NCBI GenBank assembly: GCA_052327205.1
Contig: JBMRGM010000043.1
Coordinates: 11,098,001 to 11,162,000, forward strand
Source of the DNA: Somniosus microcephalus
Lineage: Eukaryota
DNA: 64,000 nt
Direction of reading: 5' to 3'
Positions 10,481 through 23,317 of the stretch are shown here, in pieces. The notes below the pieces were generated by a model. The model had not been told where the DNA came from. It ran no database searches and saw only the letters and a list, made by a program, of their open reading frames with translations. Made by a program: the position numbers and the translations under genes. Each line of letters starts with the position of its first letter. The stretch's first letter is position 1.

Positions 10481-12182
10481 TGAGTAACTTTTAATTTTTG
10501 CAAACTCATCTATTGTTTAAAAATGGAGTCTTTGATTCCGTGAAATGAACAGTGGTGAGCATACTGCTGCTGCCTTCCTGTTTCCAATGGGAACAATCGC
10601 TTCATCGATCAGTCTTCTGCCAGGCAGCATGGATATTCTACATCCCTTATACCAATACTCCAAGTGCAGCGTTCTTGCATTAAAATCCAGCAGGAAAATC
10701 GGCCACAGTGGATAATCCATTCTGAAAACCCTTTTCTACACTTTCCTCAGGTTTACACATACATGGATTAGAATGGAAAGCTTGCAACTATTACAATTGC
10801 CAGGGAACTGCAGCTTCCTTGCATCGCCCTGCACCCTGATCACATGACAACAACCAACCAATCACATAGAGCGGCGCGAGAACACCCTCATTGAATGTGT
10901 CCAATCAGGGCCTGAGGATTGAACTGCTCTGTCACATGCAGTTCCAGTAAGTTGGAGGACTCAGCTGTGACCGGATGACTTGTTGCTGTCGCTAGCGCCG
11001 CGGCCGAGAAGCGAGCAGCCCCTGCAATCTCTTGTTTTCAGCCAAATGCTAGAGGTATGAATTTCTAATGACAAAATCTTTGACGCTAACTGATTTGGTT
11101 GCTGTATTTGAATGCGGTTTAGTGCCTCGCACGGGCCTTGTGATTTTCTTTTTGCGTGCGGTTTGCAGTGTGTGATCGCTTAACATTTTGCGACTGAAAT
11201 TAAATGCAATATCTGATTCAAATTGTTGCTTCATATGGCGTTCGGTCAAATTGAGGAAATTCGACACTACGAACGGGATTCAAATCGCCTTTTCTCTTGT
11301 GTGCTGCTTTTGTCCCTTTGTATGGCCGCGTGCCTCAGGGAATGTGGTTGGAGAATAAACCGTTGGCTGCATTGTTTTTCCTGCTGGTTGTCCATCCAGC
11401 TAAACATAGTTTTCTGTGGTGAAATCAATTCAGCAGACGCTACGAAGGAAGAACATATAAATTCTTTCATGGCTTGACTGGGCGGATTCTGAGAGGTTGT
11501 TTACCCTGGATGTGGAGCCCGAACTAGGGGTCAAACTTTCAGAATAAGGGGCCGGCCATTTACGATTGAGATGAGGAGAAATTGCTTCATTGTAAGGGTT
11601 GTGTATCTTTGGAGTTTTCTAACGCAGAGGGATGTGGTGGTTCAGTCGTTGAGTACATTCCTAACTGAGTTGGATATGTACATTACGGAAATCAAGGTAT
11701 ATGGGGCTAGGTCGGTAATTTTCAGTTGAGGTAGAGGATCAGCCATGATCTTATTGAATGGCGGAGCATGATCGAGGGCCGCATGGCCAAATCCTGCTCC
11801 TATTTCTTATGATCTAATGCACCGATTTAGGCCGGCGGTGTTGAGAACTGTGGCTCGTCTGCCTTAGTTCATTAAATAAGCATCGCAGTAGGAAGCAGCA
11901 TCAACTGGAAGATGGCTGCGCGGAAGATGTGCGTTTTCTTCAATGGGTTGCAAAATAAAATATTTTCGACGGTTAAAATTGCTTTGACGGTTTCAAGAGC
12001 GTTAAATAACGTAGTATTCTCCTTTGGCTTATCCTCTCGTAATGTCATAATGGGGTGAAGTGCTTGTTATACTTTCTGTTTGAAACTTTGTTTGATTGCA
12101 GCTTTGAATCTCGGCAGAGGAACCGAAAGGCAGCAGTTCAAATTAAGTAAAAATCGATCATTTGGGACGACGTCCTCGGTGC

Positions 12183-12264
12183 CGTAGTCGGCAGGATTCG
12201 AAACTGCGCGGGGAAACCCCAATGGATTTCTAGACCATCGCCTTAACCACTCGGCCACGACTAC
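12183..12264 (-). tRNA. tRNA-Ser(AGA) variant G53U, A31U (likely impaired), unit 7
   Basis: T-stem/B-box and anticodon-stem mismatches. Confidence 0.7.
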
Positions 12265-12392
12265 CCTGACAGTTGTTTGGACCCACGCAGCTTCTCATTT
12301 GCTTCGAAATCGGTGCCTCTGCTGTGAACACTCTGGCACATAATCACATGGGTTCATGTGGAATAATTCCAATTGCAAACATTTTCGTGTCT

Positions 12393-12466
12393 GTCTCTGT
12401 GGCGCAATGGGCCAGCGCGTTCGGCTGTTAACTGAAAGGTTGGTGGTTCGAGCCCACCCAGAGACG
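12393..12466 (+). tRNA. tRNA-Asn(GTT), unit 7
   Basis: Same as unit 1. Confidence 0.92.
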
Positions 12467-14169
12467 TGAGTAACTTTTAATTTTTGCAAACTCATCTATT
12501 GTTTAAAAATGGAGTCTTTGATTCCGTGAAATGAACAATGGTGAGCATACTGCTGCTGCCTTCCTGTTTCCAATGGGAACAATCGCTTCATCGATCAGTC
12601 TTCTGCCAGGCAGCATGGATATTCTACATCCCTTATACCAATACTCCAAGTGCAGCGTTCTTGCATTAAAATCCAGCAGGAAAATCGGCCACAGTGGATA
12701 ATCCATTCTGAAAACCCTTTTCTACACTTTCCTCAGGTTTACACATACATGGATTAGAATGGAAAGCTTGCAACTATTACAATTGCCAGAGAACTGCAGC
12801 TTCCTTGCATCGCCCTGCACCCTGATCACATGACAACAACCAACCAATCACATAGAGCGGCGCGAGAACACCCCCATTGAATGTGTCCAATCAGGGCCTG
12901 AGGATTGAACTGCTCTGTCACATGCAGTTCCAGTAAGTTGGAGGACTCAGCTGTGACCGGATGACTTGTTGCTGTCGCTAGCGCCGCGGCCGAGAAGCGA
13001 GCAGCCCCTGCAATCTCTTGTTTTCAGCCAAATGCTAGAGGTATGAATTTCTAATGACAAAATCTTTGACGCTAACTGATTTGGTTGCTGTATTTGAATG
13101 CGGTTTAGTGCCTCGCACGGGCCTTGTGATTTTCTTTTTGCGTGCGGTTTGCAGTGTGTGATCGCTTAACATTTTGCGACTGAAATTAAATGCAATATCT
13201 GATTCAAATTGTTGCTTCATATGGCGTTCGGTCAAATTGAGGAAATTCGACATTACGAACGGGATTCAAATCGCCTTTTCTCTTGTGTGCTGCTTTTGTC
13301 CCTTTGTATGGCCGCGTGCCTTAGGGAATGTGGTTGGAGAATAAATCTTTGGCTGCATTGTTTTTCCTGCTGGTTGTCCATCCAGCTAAACATAGTTTTC
13401 TGTGGTGAAATGAATTCAGCAGACGCTACGAAGGAAGAACATATAAATTCTTTCATGGCTTGACTGGGCGGATTCTGAGAGGTTGTTTACCCTGGCTGTG
13501 GAGCCCGAACTAGGGGTCAAAGTTTCAGAATAAGGGGCCGGCCATTTAAGATTGAGATGAGGAGAAATTGCTTCATTGTAAGAGTTGTGTATCTTTGGAG
13601 TTTTCTAACGCAGAGAGCTGTGGTGGTTCAGTCGTTGAGTACATTCCTAACTGAGATGGATATGTACATTACGGAAATCAAGGTATATGGGGCAAGGTCG
13701 GTAACTTTCAGTTGAGGTAGAGGATCAGCCATGATCTTATTGAATGGCGGAGCATGATCGAGGGCCGCATGGCCAAATCCTGCTCCTATTTCTTATGATC
13801 TAATGTAGCGATTTAGGCCGGCGGTGTTGAGAACTGTGGCTCGTCTGCCTTAGTTCATTAAATAAGCATCGCAGTAGGAAGCAGCATCAACTGGAAGATG
13901 GCTGCGCGGAAGACGTGCATTTTCTTCAATGGGTTGCAAAATAAAATATTTTCGACGGTTAAAATTGCTTTGACGGTTCCAAGAGCGTTAAATAACGTAG
14001 TATTCTCCTTTGGCTTAGGCCTCTCGTAATGTCATAATGGGGTGAAGTGCTTGTTATACTTTCTGCTTGAAACTTTGTTTGATTGTAGCTTTGAATCTCG
14101 GCAGAGGAACCGAAAGGCAGCAGTTTAAATTAAGTATAAAGCGATCATTTGGGACGACGTCCTCGGTGC

Positions 14170-14251
14170 TGTAGTCGGCAGTATTCGAAACTGCGCGGGG
14201 AAACCCCAATGGATTTCTAGTCCATCGCCTTAACCACTCGGCCACGACTAC
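14170..14251 (-). tRNA. tRNA-Ser(AGA) variant U53-A61, A73, unit 8
   Basis: T arm reads GCAGT-TTCGAAT-ACTGC; discriminator G changed to A. Confidence 0.72.
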
Positions 14252-14379
14252 CTTGACAGTGGTTTGGACCCACGCTGCTTCTCATTTGCTACGAAATCGG
14301 TGCCTCTGCTGTGAACACTCTGGCACATAATCACATGGGTTCATGTGGAATAATTCCAATTGCAAACATTTTCGTGTCT

Positions 14380-14453
14380 GTCTCTGTGACGCAATGGGCC
14401 TGCGCGTTCGGCTGTTAACTGAAAGGTTGGTGGTTCGAGCCCACCCAGAGACG
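14380..14453 (+). tRNA. tRNA-Asn(GTT) D-arm variant (G10A, A21U), unit 8
   Basis: GTGACGCAATGGGCCTGCGC. Confidence 0.75.
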
Positions 14454-16156
14454 TGAGTAACTTTTAATCTTTGCAAACTCATCTATTGTTTAAAAATGGA
14501 GTCTTTGATTCCGTGAAATGAACAGTGGTGAGCATACTGCTGCTGCCTTCCTGTTTCCAATGGGAACAATCGCTTCATCGATCAGTCTTCTGCCAGGCAG
14601 CATGGATATTCTACATCCCTTATACCAATACTCCAAGTGCAGCGTTCTTGCATTAAAATCCAGCAGGAAAATCGGCCAGAGTGGATAATCCATTCTGAAA
14701 ACCCTTTTCTACACTATCCTCAGGTTTACACATACATGGATTAGAATGGAAAGCTTGCAACTATTACAATTGCCAGAGAACTGCAGCTTCCTTGCATCGC
14801 CCTGCACCCTGATCACATGACAACAACCAACCAATCACATAGAGCGGCGCGAGAACACCCCCATTGAATGTGTCCAATCAGAGCCTGAGGATTGAACTGC
14901 TCTGTCACATGCAGTTCCAGGAAGTTGGAGGACTCAGCTGTGACCGGATGACTTGTTGCTGTCGCTAGCGCCGCGGCCGAGAAGCGAGCAGCCCCTGCAA
15001 TCTCTTGTTTTCAGCCAAATGCTAGAGGTATGAATTTCTAATGACAAAATCTTTGACGCTAACTGATTTGGTTGCTGTATTTGAATGCGGTTTAGTGCCT
15101 CGCACGGGCCTTGTGATTTTCTTTTTGCGTGCGGTTTGCAGTGTGTGATCGCTTAACATTTCGCGACTGAAATTAAATGCAATATCTGATTCAAATTGTT
15201 GCTTCATATGGCGTTCGGTCAAATTGAGGAAATTCGACACTACGAACGGGATTCAAATCGCCTTTTCTCTTGTGAGCTGATTTTGTCCCTTTGTATGGCC
15301 GCGTGCCTCAGGGAATGTGGTTGGAGAATAAATCTTTGGCTGCATTGTTTTTCCTGCTGGTTGTCCATCCAGCTAAACATAGTTTTCTGTGGTGAAATGA
15401 ATTCAGCAGACGCTAAGATGGAAGAACATATAAATTCTTTCATGGCTTGACTGGGCGGATTCTGAGAGGTTGTTTACCCTGGCTGTGGAGCCCGAACTAG
15501 GGGTCAAAGTTTCAGAATAAGGGGCCGGCCATTTAAGATTGAGATGAGGAGAAATTGCTTCATTGTAAGGGTTGTGTATCTTTGGAGTTTTCTAACGTAG
15601 AGGGCTGTGGTGGTTCAGTCGTTGAGTACATTCCTAACTGAGATGGATATGTACATTACGGAAATCAAGGTATATGGGGCAAGGTCGGTAGCTTTCAGTT
15701 GAGGTAGAGGATCAGCCATGATCTTATTGAATGGCGGAGCATGATCGAGGGCCGCATGGCCAAATCCTGCTCCTATTTCTTATGATCTAATGTAGCGATT
15801 TAGGCCGGCGGTGTTGAGAACTGTGGCTCGTCTGCCTTAGTTCATTAAATAAGCATCGCAGTAGGAAGCAGCATCAACTGGAAGATGGCTGCACGGAAGA
15901 CGTGCATTTTCTTCAATGGGTTGCAAAATAAAATATTTTCGACGGTTAAAATTGCTTTGACGGTTCCAAGAGCGTTAAATAACGTAGTATTCTCCTTTGG
16001 CTTAGGCCTCTCGTAATGTCATAATGGGGTGAAGTGCTTGTTATACTTTCTGCTTGAAACTTTGTTTGATTGTAGCTTTGAATCTCGGCAGAGGAACCGA
16101 AAGGCAGCAGTTTAAATTAAGTATAAAGCGATCATTTGGGACGACGTCCTCGGTGC

Positions 16157-16238
16157 TGTAGTCGGCAGTATTCGAAACTGCGCGGGGAAACCCCAATGGA
16201 TTTCTAGTCCATCGCCTTAACCACTCGGCCACGACTAC
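16157..16238 (-). tRNA. tRNA-Ser(AGA) variant U53-A61, A73, unit 9
   Basis: Same three changes as unit 8. Confidence 0.72.
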
Positions 16239-16366
16239 CCTGACAGTGGTTTGGACCCACGCAGCTTCTCATTTGCTTCGAAATCGGTGCCTCTGCTGTG
16301 AACACTCTGGCACATAATCACATGGGTTCATGTGGAATAATTCCAATTGCAAACATTTTCGTGTCT

Positions 16367-16440
16367 GTCTCTGTGGCGCAATGGGCCAGCGCGTTCGGCT
16401 GTTAACTGAAAGGTTGGTGGTTCGAGCCCACCCAGAGACG
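16367..16440 (+). tRNA. tRNA-Asn(GTT), unit 9
   Basis: Same as unit 1. Confidence 0.92.
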
Positions 16441-18143
16441 TGAGTAACTTTTAATTTTTGCAAACTCATCTATTGTTTAAAAATGGAGTCTTTGATTCCG
16501 TGAAATGAACAGTGGTGAGCATACTGCTGCTGCCTTCCTGTTTCCAATGGGAACAATCGCTTCATCGATCAGTCTTCTGCCAGGCAGCATGGATATTCTA
16601 CATCCCTTATACCAATACTCCAAGTGCAGCGTTCTTGCATTAAAATCCAGCAGGAAAATCGGCCACAGTGGATAATCCATTCTGAAAACCCTTTTCTACA
16701 CTTTCCTCAGGTTTACACATACATGGATTAGAATGGAAAGCTTGCAACTATTACAATTGCCAGAGAACTGCAGCTTCCTTGCATCGCCCTGCACCCTGAT
16801 CACATGACAACAACCAACCAATCACATAGAGCGGCGCGAGAACACCCCCATTGAATGTGTCCAATCAGGGCCTGAGGATTGAACTGCTCTGTCACATGCA
16901 GTTCCAGTAAGTTGGAGGACTCAGCTGTGACCGGATGACTTGTTGCTGTCGCTAGCGCCGCGGCCGAGAAGCGAGCAGCCCCTGCAATCTCTTGTTTTCA
17001 GCCAAATGCTAGAGGTATGAATTTCTAATGACAAAATCTTTGACGCTAACTGATTTGGTTGCTGTATTTGAATGCGGTTTAGTGCCTCGCACGGGCCTTG
17101 TGATTTTCTTTTTGCGTGCGGTTTGCAGTGTGTGATCGCTTAACATTTTGCGACTGAAATTAAATGCAATATCTGATTCAAATTGTTGCTTCATATGGCG
17201 TTCGGTCAAATTGAGGAAATTCGACACTACGAACGGGATTCAAATCGCCTTTTCTCCTGTGTGCTGCTTTTGTCCCTTTGTATGGCCGCGTGCCTCAGGG
17301 AATGTGGTTGGAGAATAAATCTTTGGCTGCATTGTTTTTCCTGCTGGTTGTCCATCCTGCTAAACATAGTTTTCTGTGGTGAAATGAATTCAGCAGACGC
17401 TACGAAGGAAGAACATATAAATTCTTTCATGGCTTGACTGGGCGGATTCTGAGAGGTTGTTTACCCTGGCTGTGGAGCCCGAACTAGGGGTCAAAGTTTC
17501 AGAATAAGGGGCCGGCCATTTAAGATTGAGATGAGGAGAAATTGCTTCATTGTAAGGGTTGTGTATCTTTGGAGTTTTCTAACGCAGAGGGCTGTGGTGG
17601 TTCAGTCGTTGAGTACATTCCTAACTGAGATGGATATGTACATTACGGAAATCAAGGTATATGGGGCAAGGTCGGTAACTTTCAGTTGAGGTAGAGGATC
17701 AGCCATGATCTTATTGAATGGCGGAGCATGATCGAGGGCCGCATGGCCAAATCCTGCTCCTATTTCTTATGATCTAATGTAGCGATTTAGGCCGGCGGTG
17801 TTGAGAACTGTGGCTCGTCTGCCTTAGTTCATTAAAGAAGCATCGCAGTAGGAAGCAGCATCAACTGAAAGATGGCTGCGCGGAAGACGTGCATTTTCTT
17901 CAATTGGTTGCAAAATAAAATATTTTCGACGGTTAAAATTGCTTTGACGGTTCCAAGAGCGTTAAATAACATAGTATTCTCCTTTGGCTTAGGCCTCTCG
18001 TAATGTCATAATGGGGTGAAGTGCTTGTTATACTTTCTGCTTGAAACTTTGTTTGATTGTAGCTTTGAATCTCGGCAGAGGAACCGAAAGGCAGCAGTTC
18101 AAATTAAGTAAAAAGCGATCATTTGGGACGACGTCCTCGGTGC

Positions 18144-18225
18144 CGTAGTCGGCAGGATTCGAACCTGCGCGGGGAAACCCCAATGGATTTTTAGTCCATC
18201 GCCTTAACCACTCGGCCACGACTAC
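18144..18225 (-). tRNA. tRNA-Ser body with AAA anticodon (G35A), unit 10
   Basis: + strand reads AATGGATTTTTAGTCCAT instead of AATGGATTTCTAGTCCAT (C>T at 18191); otherwise identical to unit 1. Confidence 0.88.
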
Positions 18226-18353
18226 CCTGACAGTGGTTTGGACCCACGCTGCTTCTCATTTGCTTCGAAATCGGTGCCTCTGCTGTGAACACTCTGGCAC
18301 ATAATCACATGGGTTCATGTGGAATAATTCCAATTGCAAACATTTTCGTGTCT

Positions 18354-18428
18354 GTCTCTGTGGCGCAAAGAGCCAGCGCGTTCGGCTGTTAACTGCAAAG
18401 GTTGGTGGTTCGAGCCCACCCAGAGACG
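18354..18428 (+). tRNA. tRNA-Asn(GTT) variant with altered D loop and a 1-nt anticodon-stem insertion (likely impaired), unit 10
   Basis: GCAAAGAGCC and AACTGCAAAG. Confidence 0.7.
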
Positions 18429-20131
18429 TGAGTAACTTTTAATTTTTGCAAACTCATCTATTGTTTAAAAATGGAGTCTTTGATTCCGTGAAATGAACAG
18501 TGGTGAGCATACTGCTGCTGCCTTCCTGTTTCCAATGGGAACAATCGCTTCATCGATCAGTCTTCTGCCAGGCAGCATGGATATTCTACATCCCTTATAC
18601 CAATACTCCAAGTGCAGCGTTCTTGCATTAAAGTCCAGCAGGAAAATCGGCCACAGTGGATAATCCATTCTGAAAACCCTTTTCTACACTTTCCTCAGGT
18701 TTACACATACATGGATTAGAATGGAAAGCTTGCAACTATTACAATTTCCAGAGAACTGCAGCTTCCTTGCATCGCCCTGCACCCTGATCACATGACAACA
18801 ACCAACCAATCACATAGAGCGGCGCGAGAACACCCCCATTGAATGTGTCCAATCAGGGCCTGAGGATTGAACTGCTCTGTCACATGCAGTTCCAGTAAGT
18901 TGGAGGACTCAGCTGTGAGCGGATGACTTGTTGCTGTCGCTAGCGCCGCGGCCGAGAAGCGAGCAGCCCCTGCAATCTCTTGTTTTCAGCCAAATGCTAG
19001 AGGTATGAATTTCTAATGACAAAATCTTTGACGCTAACTGATTTGGTTGCTGTATTTGAATGCGGTTTAGTGCCTCGCACGGGCCTTGTGATTTTCTTTT
19101 TGCGTGCGGTTTGCAGTGTGTGATCGCTTAACATTTTGCGACTGAAATTAAATGCAATATCTGATTCAAATTGTTGCTTCATATGGCGTTCGGTCAAATT
19201 GAGGAAATTCGACACTACGAACGGGATTCAAATCGCATTTTCTCTTGTGTGCTGCTTTTGTCCCTTTGTATGGCCGCGTGCCTCAGGGAATGTGGTTGGA
19301 GAATAAATCTTTGGCTGCATTGTTTTTCCTGCTGGTTGTCCATCCAGCTAAACATAGTTTTCTGTGGTGAAATGAATTCAGCAGACGCTACAAAGGAAGA
19401 ACATATAAATTCTTTCATGGCTTGACTGGGCGGATTCTGAGAGGTTGTTTACCCTGGCTGTGGAGCCCGAACTAGGGGTCAAAGTTTCAGAATAAGGGGC
19501 CGGCCATTTAAGATTGAGATGAGGAGAAATTGCTTCATTGTAAGGGTTGTTTATCTTTGGAGTTTTCTAACGCAGAGGGCTGTGGTGGTTCAGTCGTTGA
19601 GTACATTCCTAACTGAGATGCATATGTACATTACGGAAATCAAGGTATATGGGGTAAGGTCGGTAACTTTCAGTTGAGGTAGAGGATCAGCCATGATCTT
19701 ATTGAATGGCGGAGCATGATCGAGGGCCGCATGGCCAAATCCTGCTCCTATTTCTTATGATCTAATGTAGCGATTTAGGCCGGCGGTGTTGAGAACTGTG
19801 GCTCGTCTGCCTTAGTTCATTAAATAAGCATCGCAGTAGGAAGCAGCATCAACTGAAAGATGGCTGCGCGGAAGACGTGCATTTTCTTCAATTGGTTGCA
19901 AAATAAAATATTTTCGACGGTTAAAATTGCTTTGACGGTTCCAAGAGCGTTAAATAACATAGTATTCTCCTTTGGCTTAGGCCTCTCGTAATGTCATAAT
20001 GGGGTGAAGTGCTTGTTATACTTTCTGCTTGAAACTTTGTTTGATTGTAGCTTTGAATCTCGGCAGAGGAACCGAAAGGCAGCAGTTCAAATTAAGTAAA
20101 AAGCGATCATTTGGGACGACGTCCTCGGTGC

Positions 20132-20213
20132 CGTAGTCGGCAGGATTCGAACCTGCGCGGGGAAACCCCAATGGATTTCTAGTCCATCGCCTTAACCACT
20201 CGGCCACGACTAC
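20132..20213 (-). tRNA. tRNA-Ser(AGA), intact, unit 11
   Basis: Same as unit 1. Confidence 0.96.
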
Positions 20214-20341
20214 CCTGACAGTTGTTTGGACCCACGCTGCTTCTCATTTGCTTCGAAATCGGTGCCTCTGCTGTGAACACTCTGGCACATAATCACATGG
20301 GTTCATGTGGAATAATTCCAATTGCAAACATTTTCGTGTCT

Positions 20342-20416
20342 GTCTCTGTGGCGCAAAGAGCCAGCGCGTTCGGCTGTTAACTGCAAAGGTTGGTGGTTCG
20401 AGCCCACCCAGAGACG
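20342..20416 (+). tRNA. tRNA-Asn(GTT) variant as in unit 10, unit 11
   Basis: Same D-loop change and insertion. Confidence 0.7.
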
Positions 20417-22119
20417 TGAGTAACTTTTAATTTTTGCAAACTCATCTATTGTTTAAAAATGGAGTCTTTGATTCCGTGAAATGAACAGTGGTGAGCATAC
20501 TGCTGCTGCCTTCCTGTTTCCAATGGGAACAATCGCTTCATCGATCAGTCTTCTGCCAGGCAGCATGGATATTCTACATCCCTTATACCAATACTCCAAG
20601 TGCAGCGTTCTTGCATTAAAGTCCAGCAGGAAAATCGGCCACAGTGGATAATCCATTCTGAAAACCCTTTTCTACACTTTCCTCAGGTTTACACATACAT
20701 GGATTAGAATGGAAAGCTTGCAACTATTACAATTTCCAGAGAACTGCAGCTTCCTTGCATCGCCCTGCACCCTGATCACATGACAACAACCAACCAATCA
20801 CATAGAGCGGCGCGAGAACACCCCCATTGAATGTGTCCAATCAGGGCCTGAGGATTGAACTGCTCTGTCACATGCAGTTCCAGTAAGTTGGAGGACTCAG
20901 CTGTGAGCGGATGACTTGTTGCTGTCGCTAGCGCCGCGGCCGAGAAGCGAGCAGCCCCTGCAATCTCTTGTTTTCAGCCAAATGCTAGAGGTATGAATTT
21001 CTAATGACAAAATCTTTGACGCTAACTGATTTGGTTGCTGTATTTGAATGCGGTTTAGTGCCTCGCACGGGCCTTGTGATTTTCTTTTTGCGTGCGGTTT
21101 GCAGTGTGTGATCGCTTAACATTTTGCGACTGAAATTAAATGCAATATCTGATTCAAATTGTTGCTTCATATGGCGTTCGGTCAAATTGAGGAAATTCGA
21201 CACTACGAACGGGATTCAAATCGCATTTTCTCTTGTGTGCTGCTTTTGTCCCTTTGTATGGCCGCGTGCCTCAGGGAATGTGGTTGGAGAATAAATCTTT
21301 GGCTGCATTGTTTTTCCTGCTGGTTGTCCATCCAGCTAAACATAGTTTTCTGTGGTGAAATGAATTCAGCAGACGCTACAAAGGAAGAACATATAAATTC
21401 TTTCATGGCTTGACTGGGCGGATTCTGAGAGGTTGTTTACCCTGGCTGTGGAGCCCGAACTAGGGGTCAAAGTTTCAGAATAAGGGGCCGGCCATTTAAG
21501 ATTGAGATGAGGAGAAATTGCTTCATTGTAAGGGTTGTTTATCTTTGGAGTTTTCTAACGCAGAGGGCTGTGGTGGTTCAGTCGTTGAGTACATTCCTAA
21601 CTGAGATGCATATGTACATTACGGAAATCAAGGTATATGGGGTAAGGTCGGTAACTTTCAGTTGAGGTAGAGGATCAGCCATGATCTTATTGAATGGCGG
21701 AGCATGATCGAGGGCCGCATGGCCAAATCCTGCTCCTATTTCTTATGATCTAATGTAGCGATTTAGGCCGGCGGTGTTGAGAACTGTGGCTCGTCTGCCT
21801 TAGTTCATTAAATAAGCATCGCAGTAGGAAGCAGCATCAACTGGAAGATGGCTGCGCGGAAGACGTGCATTTTCTTCAATGGGTTGCAAAATAAAATATT
21901 TTCGACGGTTAAAATTGCTTTGACGGTTCCAAGAGCGTTAAATAACGTAGCATTCTCCTTTGGCTTAGGCCTCTCGTAATGTCATAATGGGGTGAAGTGC
22001 TTGTTATACTTTCTGCTTGAAACTTTGTTTGATTGCAGCTTTGAATCTCGGCAGAGGAACCGAAAGGCAGCAGTTCAAATTAAGTAAAAAGCGATCATTT
22101 GGGACGACGTCCTCGGTGC

Positions 22120-22201
22120 CGTAGTCGGCAGGATTCGAACCAGCGCGGGGAAACCCCAATGGATTTCTAGTCCATCGCCTTAACCACTCGGCCACGACTA
22201 C
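22120..22201 (-). tRNA. tRNA-Ser(AGA), A51U variant, unit 12
   Basis: One T-stem mismatch. Confidence 0.85.
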
Positions 22202-22329
22202 CCTGACAGTGGTTTGGACCCACGCAGCTTCTCATTTGCTTCGAAATCGGTGCCTCTGCTGTGAACACTCTGGCACATAATCACATGGGTTCATGTGGAA
22301 TAATTCCAATTGCAAACATTTTCGTGTCT

Positions 22330-22403
22330 GTCTCTGTGGCGCAATGGGCCAGCGCGTTCGGCTGTTAACTGAAAGGTTGGTGGTTCGAACCCACCCAGAG
22401 ACG
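22330..22403 (+). tRNA. tRNA-Asn(GTT), unit 12
   Basis: One T-loop change (GTTCGAACCC). Confidence 0.9.
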
Positions 22404-23317
22404 TGAGTAACTTTTAATTTTTGCAAACTCATCTATTGTTTAAAAATGGAGTCTTTGATTCCGTGAAATGAACAGTGGTGAGCATACTGCTGCTGCCTTC
22501 CTGTTTCCAATGGGATCAATCGCTTCATCGATCAGTCTTCTGCCAGGCAGCATGGATATTCTACATCCCTTAAACCAATACACCAAGTGCAGCGTTCTTG
22601 CATTAAAATCCAGCAGGAAAATTGGCCACAGTGGATAATCCATTCTGAAAACACTTTTCTACACTTTCCTCAGTTTTACACATACATGGATTAGAATGGA
22701 AAGCTTGAAACTATAACAATTGCCAGAGAACTTCAGCTTCCTTGCATCGCTCTGCACCCTGATCACGTGACAACAACCAACCAATCACATAGAGCGGCGC
22801 GAGAACACCCCCATTGAATGTGTCCAATCAGGGCCTGAGGATTGAACTGTTCCGTCACAAACAGTTCCAGTACGTTGGAGGACTCAGCTGTGAGCGGATG
22901 ACTTGTTCCTGTCGCTGGCGCCACGGCCGAGAAGCGAGCAGCCCCTGCAATCTCTTGTTTTCAGCCAAATGCTAGAGCTATGAATTTCTAATGACAAAAT
23001 CTTTGACGCTAACTGATTTGTTTGCTGTATTTGAATGCGGTTTAGTGCCTCGCACGGGCCTTGTGATTTTCTTTTTGTGTACGGTTTGAAGTGTGTGATT
23101 GCTTCACATTTTGAGACTGAAATTAAATGCAATCTCTGATTCAAATTGTTGTTTCATATGGCTTTCGGTCAAATTGAGGAAATTCAACACTCCGAATGGG
23201 ATTCAAATCGCCTTTTCTCTCTTGTGCTGCTTTTGTCCCTTTGTGTGGCCCCGTGCTTGTCACAAAATCTTGGACGCGAGCTGGTTTGGTTACTCTGTTT
23301 GAACATTAATAAATAGA

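Larger units (their letters stand above)
1..23260. repeat. Tandem tRNA-gene macrosatellite, ~1,987/2,013-bp unit, 12 Ser/Asn pairs in window; continues off the left edge
   Basis: tRNA-Ser left ends at 183, 2196, 4183, 6171, 8184, 10197, 12183, 14170, 16157, 18144, 20132, 22120 (spacings 1986-1988 or 2013); units are near-identical and the same short ORFs recur in the ORF track. Confidence 0.98.

Noticed and set aside
1-23260. CRISPR-like or rDNA/5S/histone/snRNA array
   Set aside because: There is no short repeat-unique spacer structure, and I recognised no 5S, rRNA, histone or snRNA sequence in the unit
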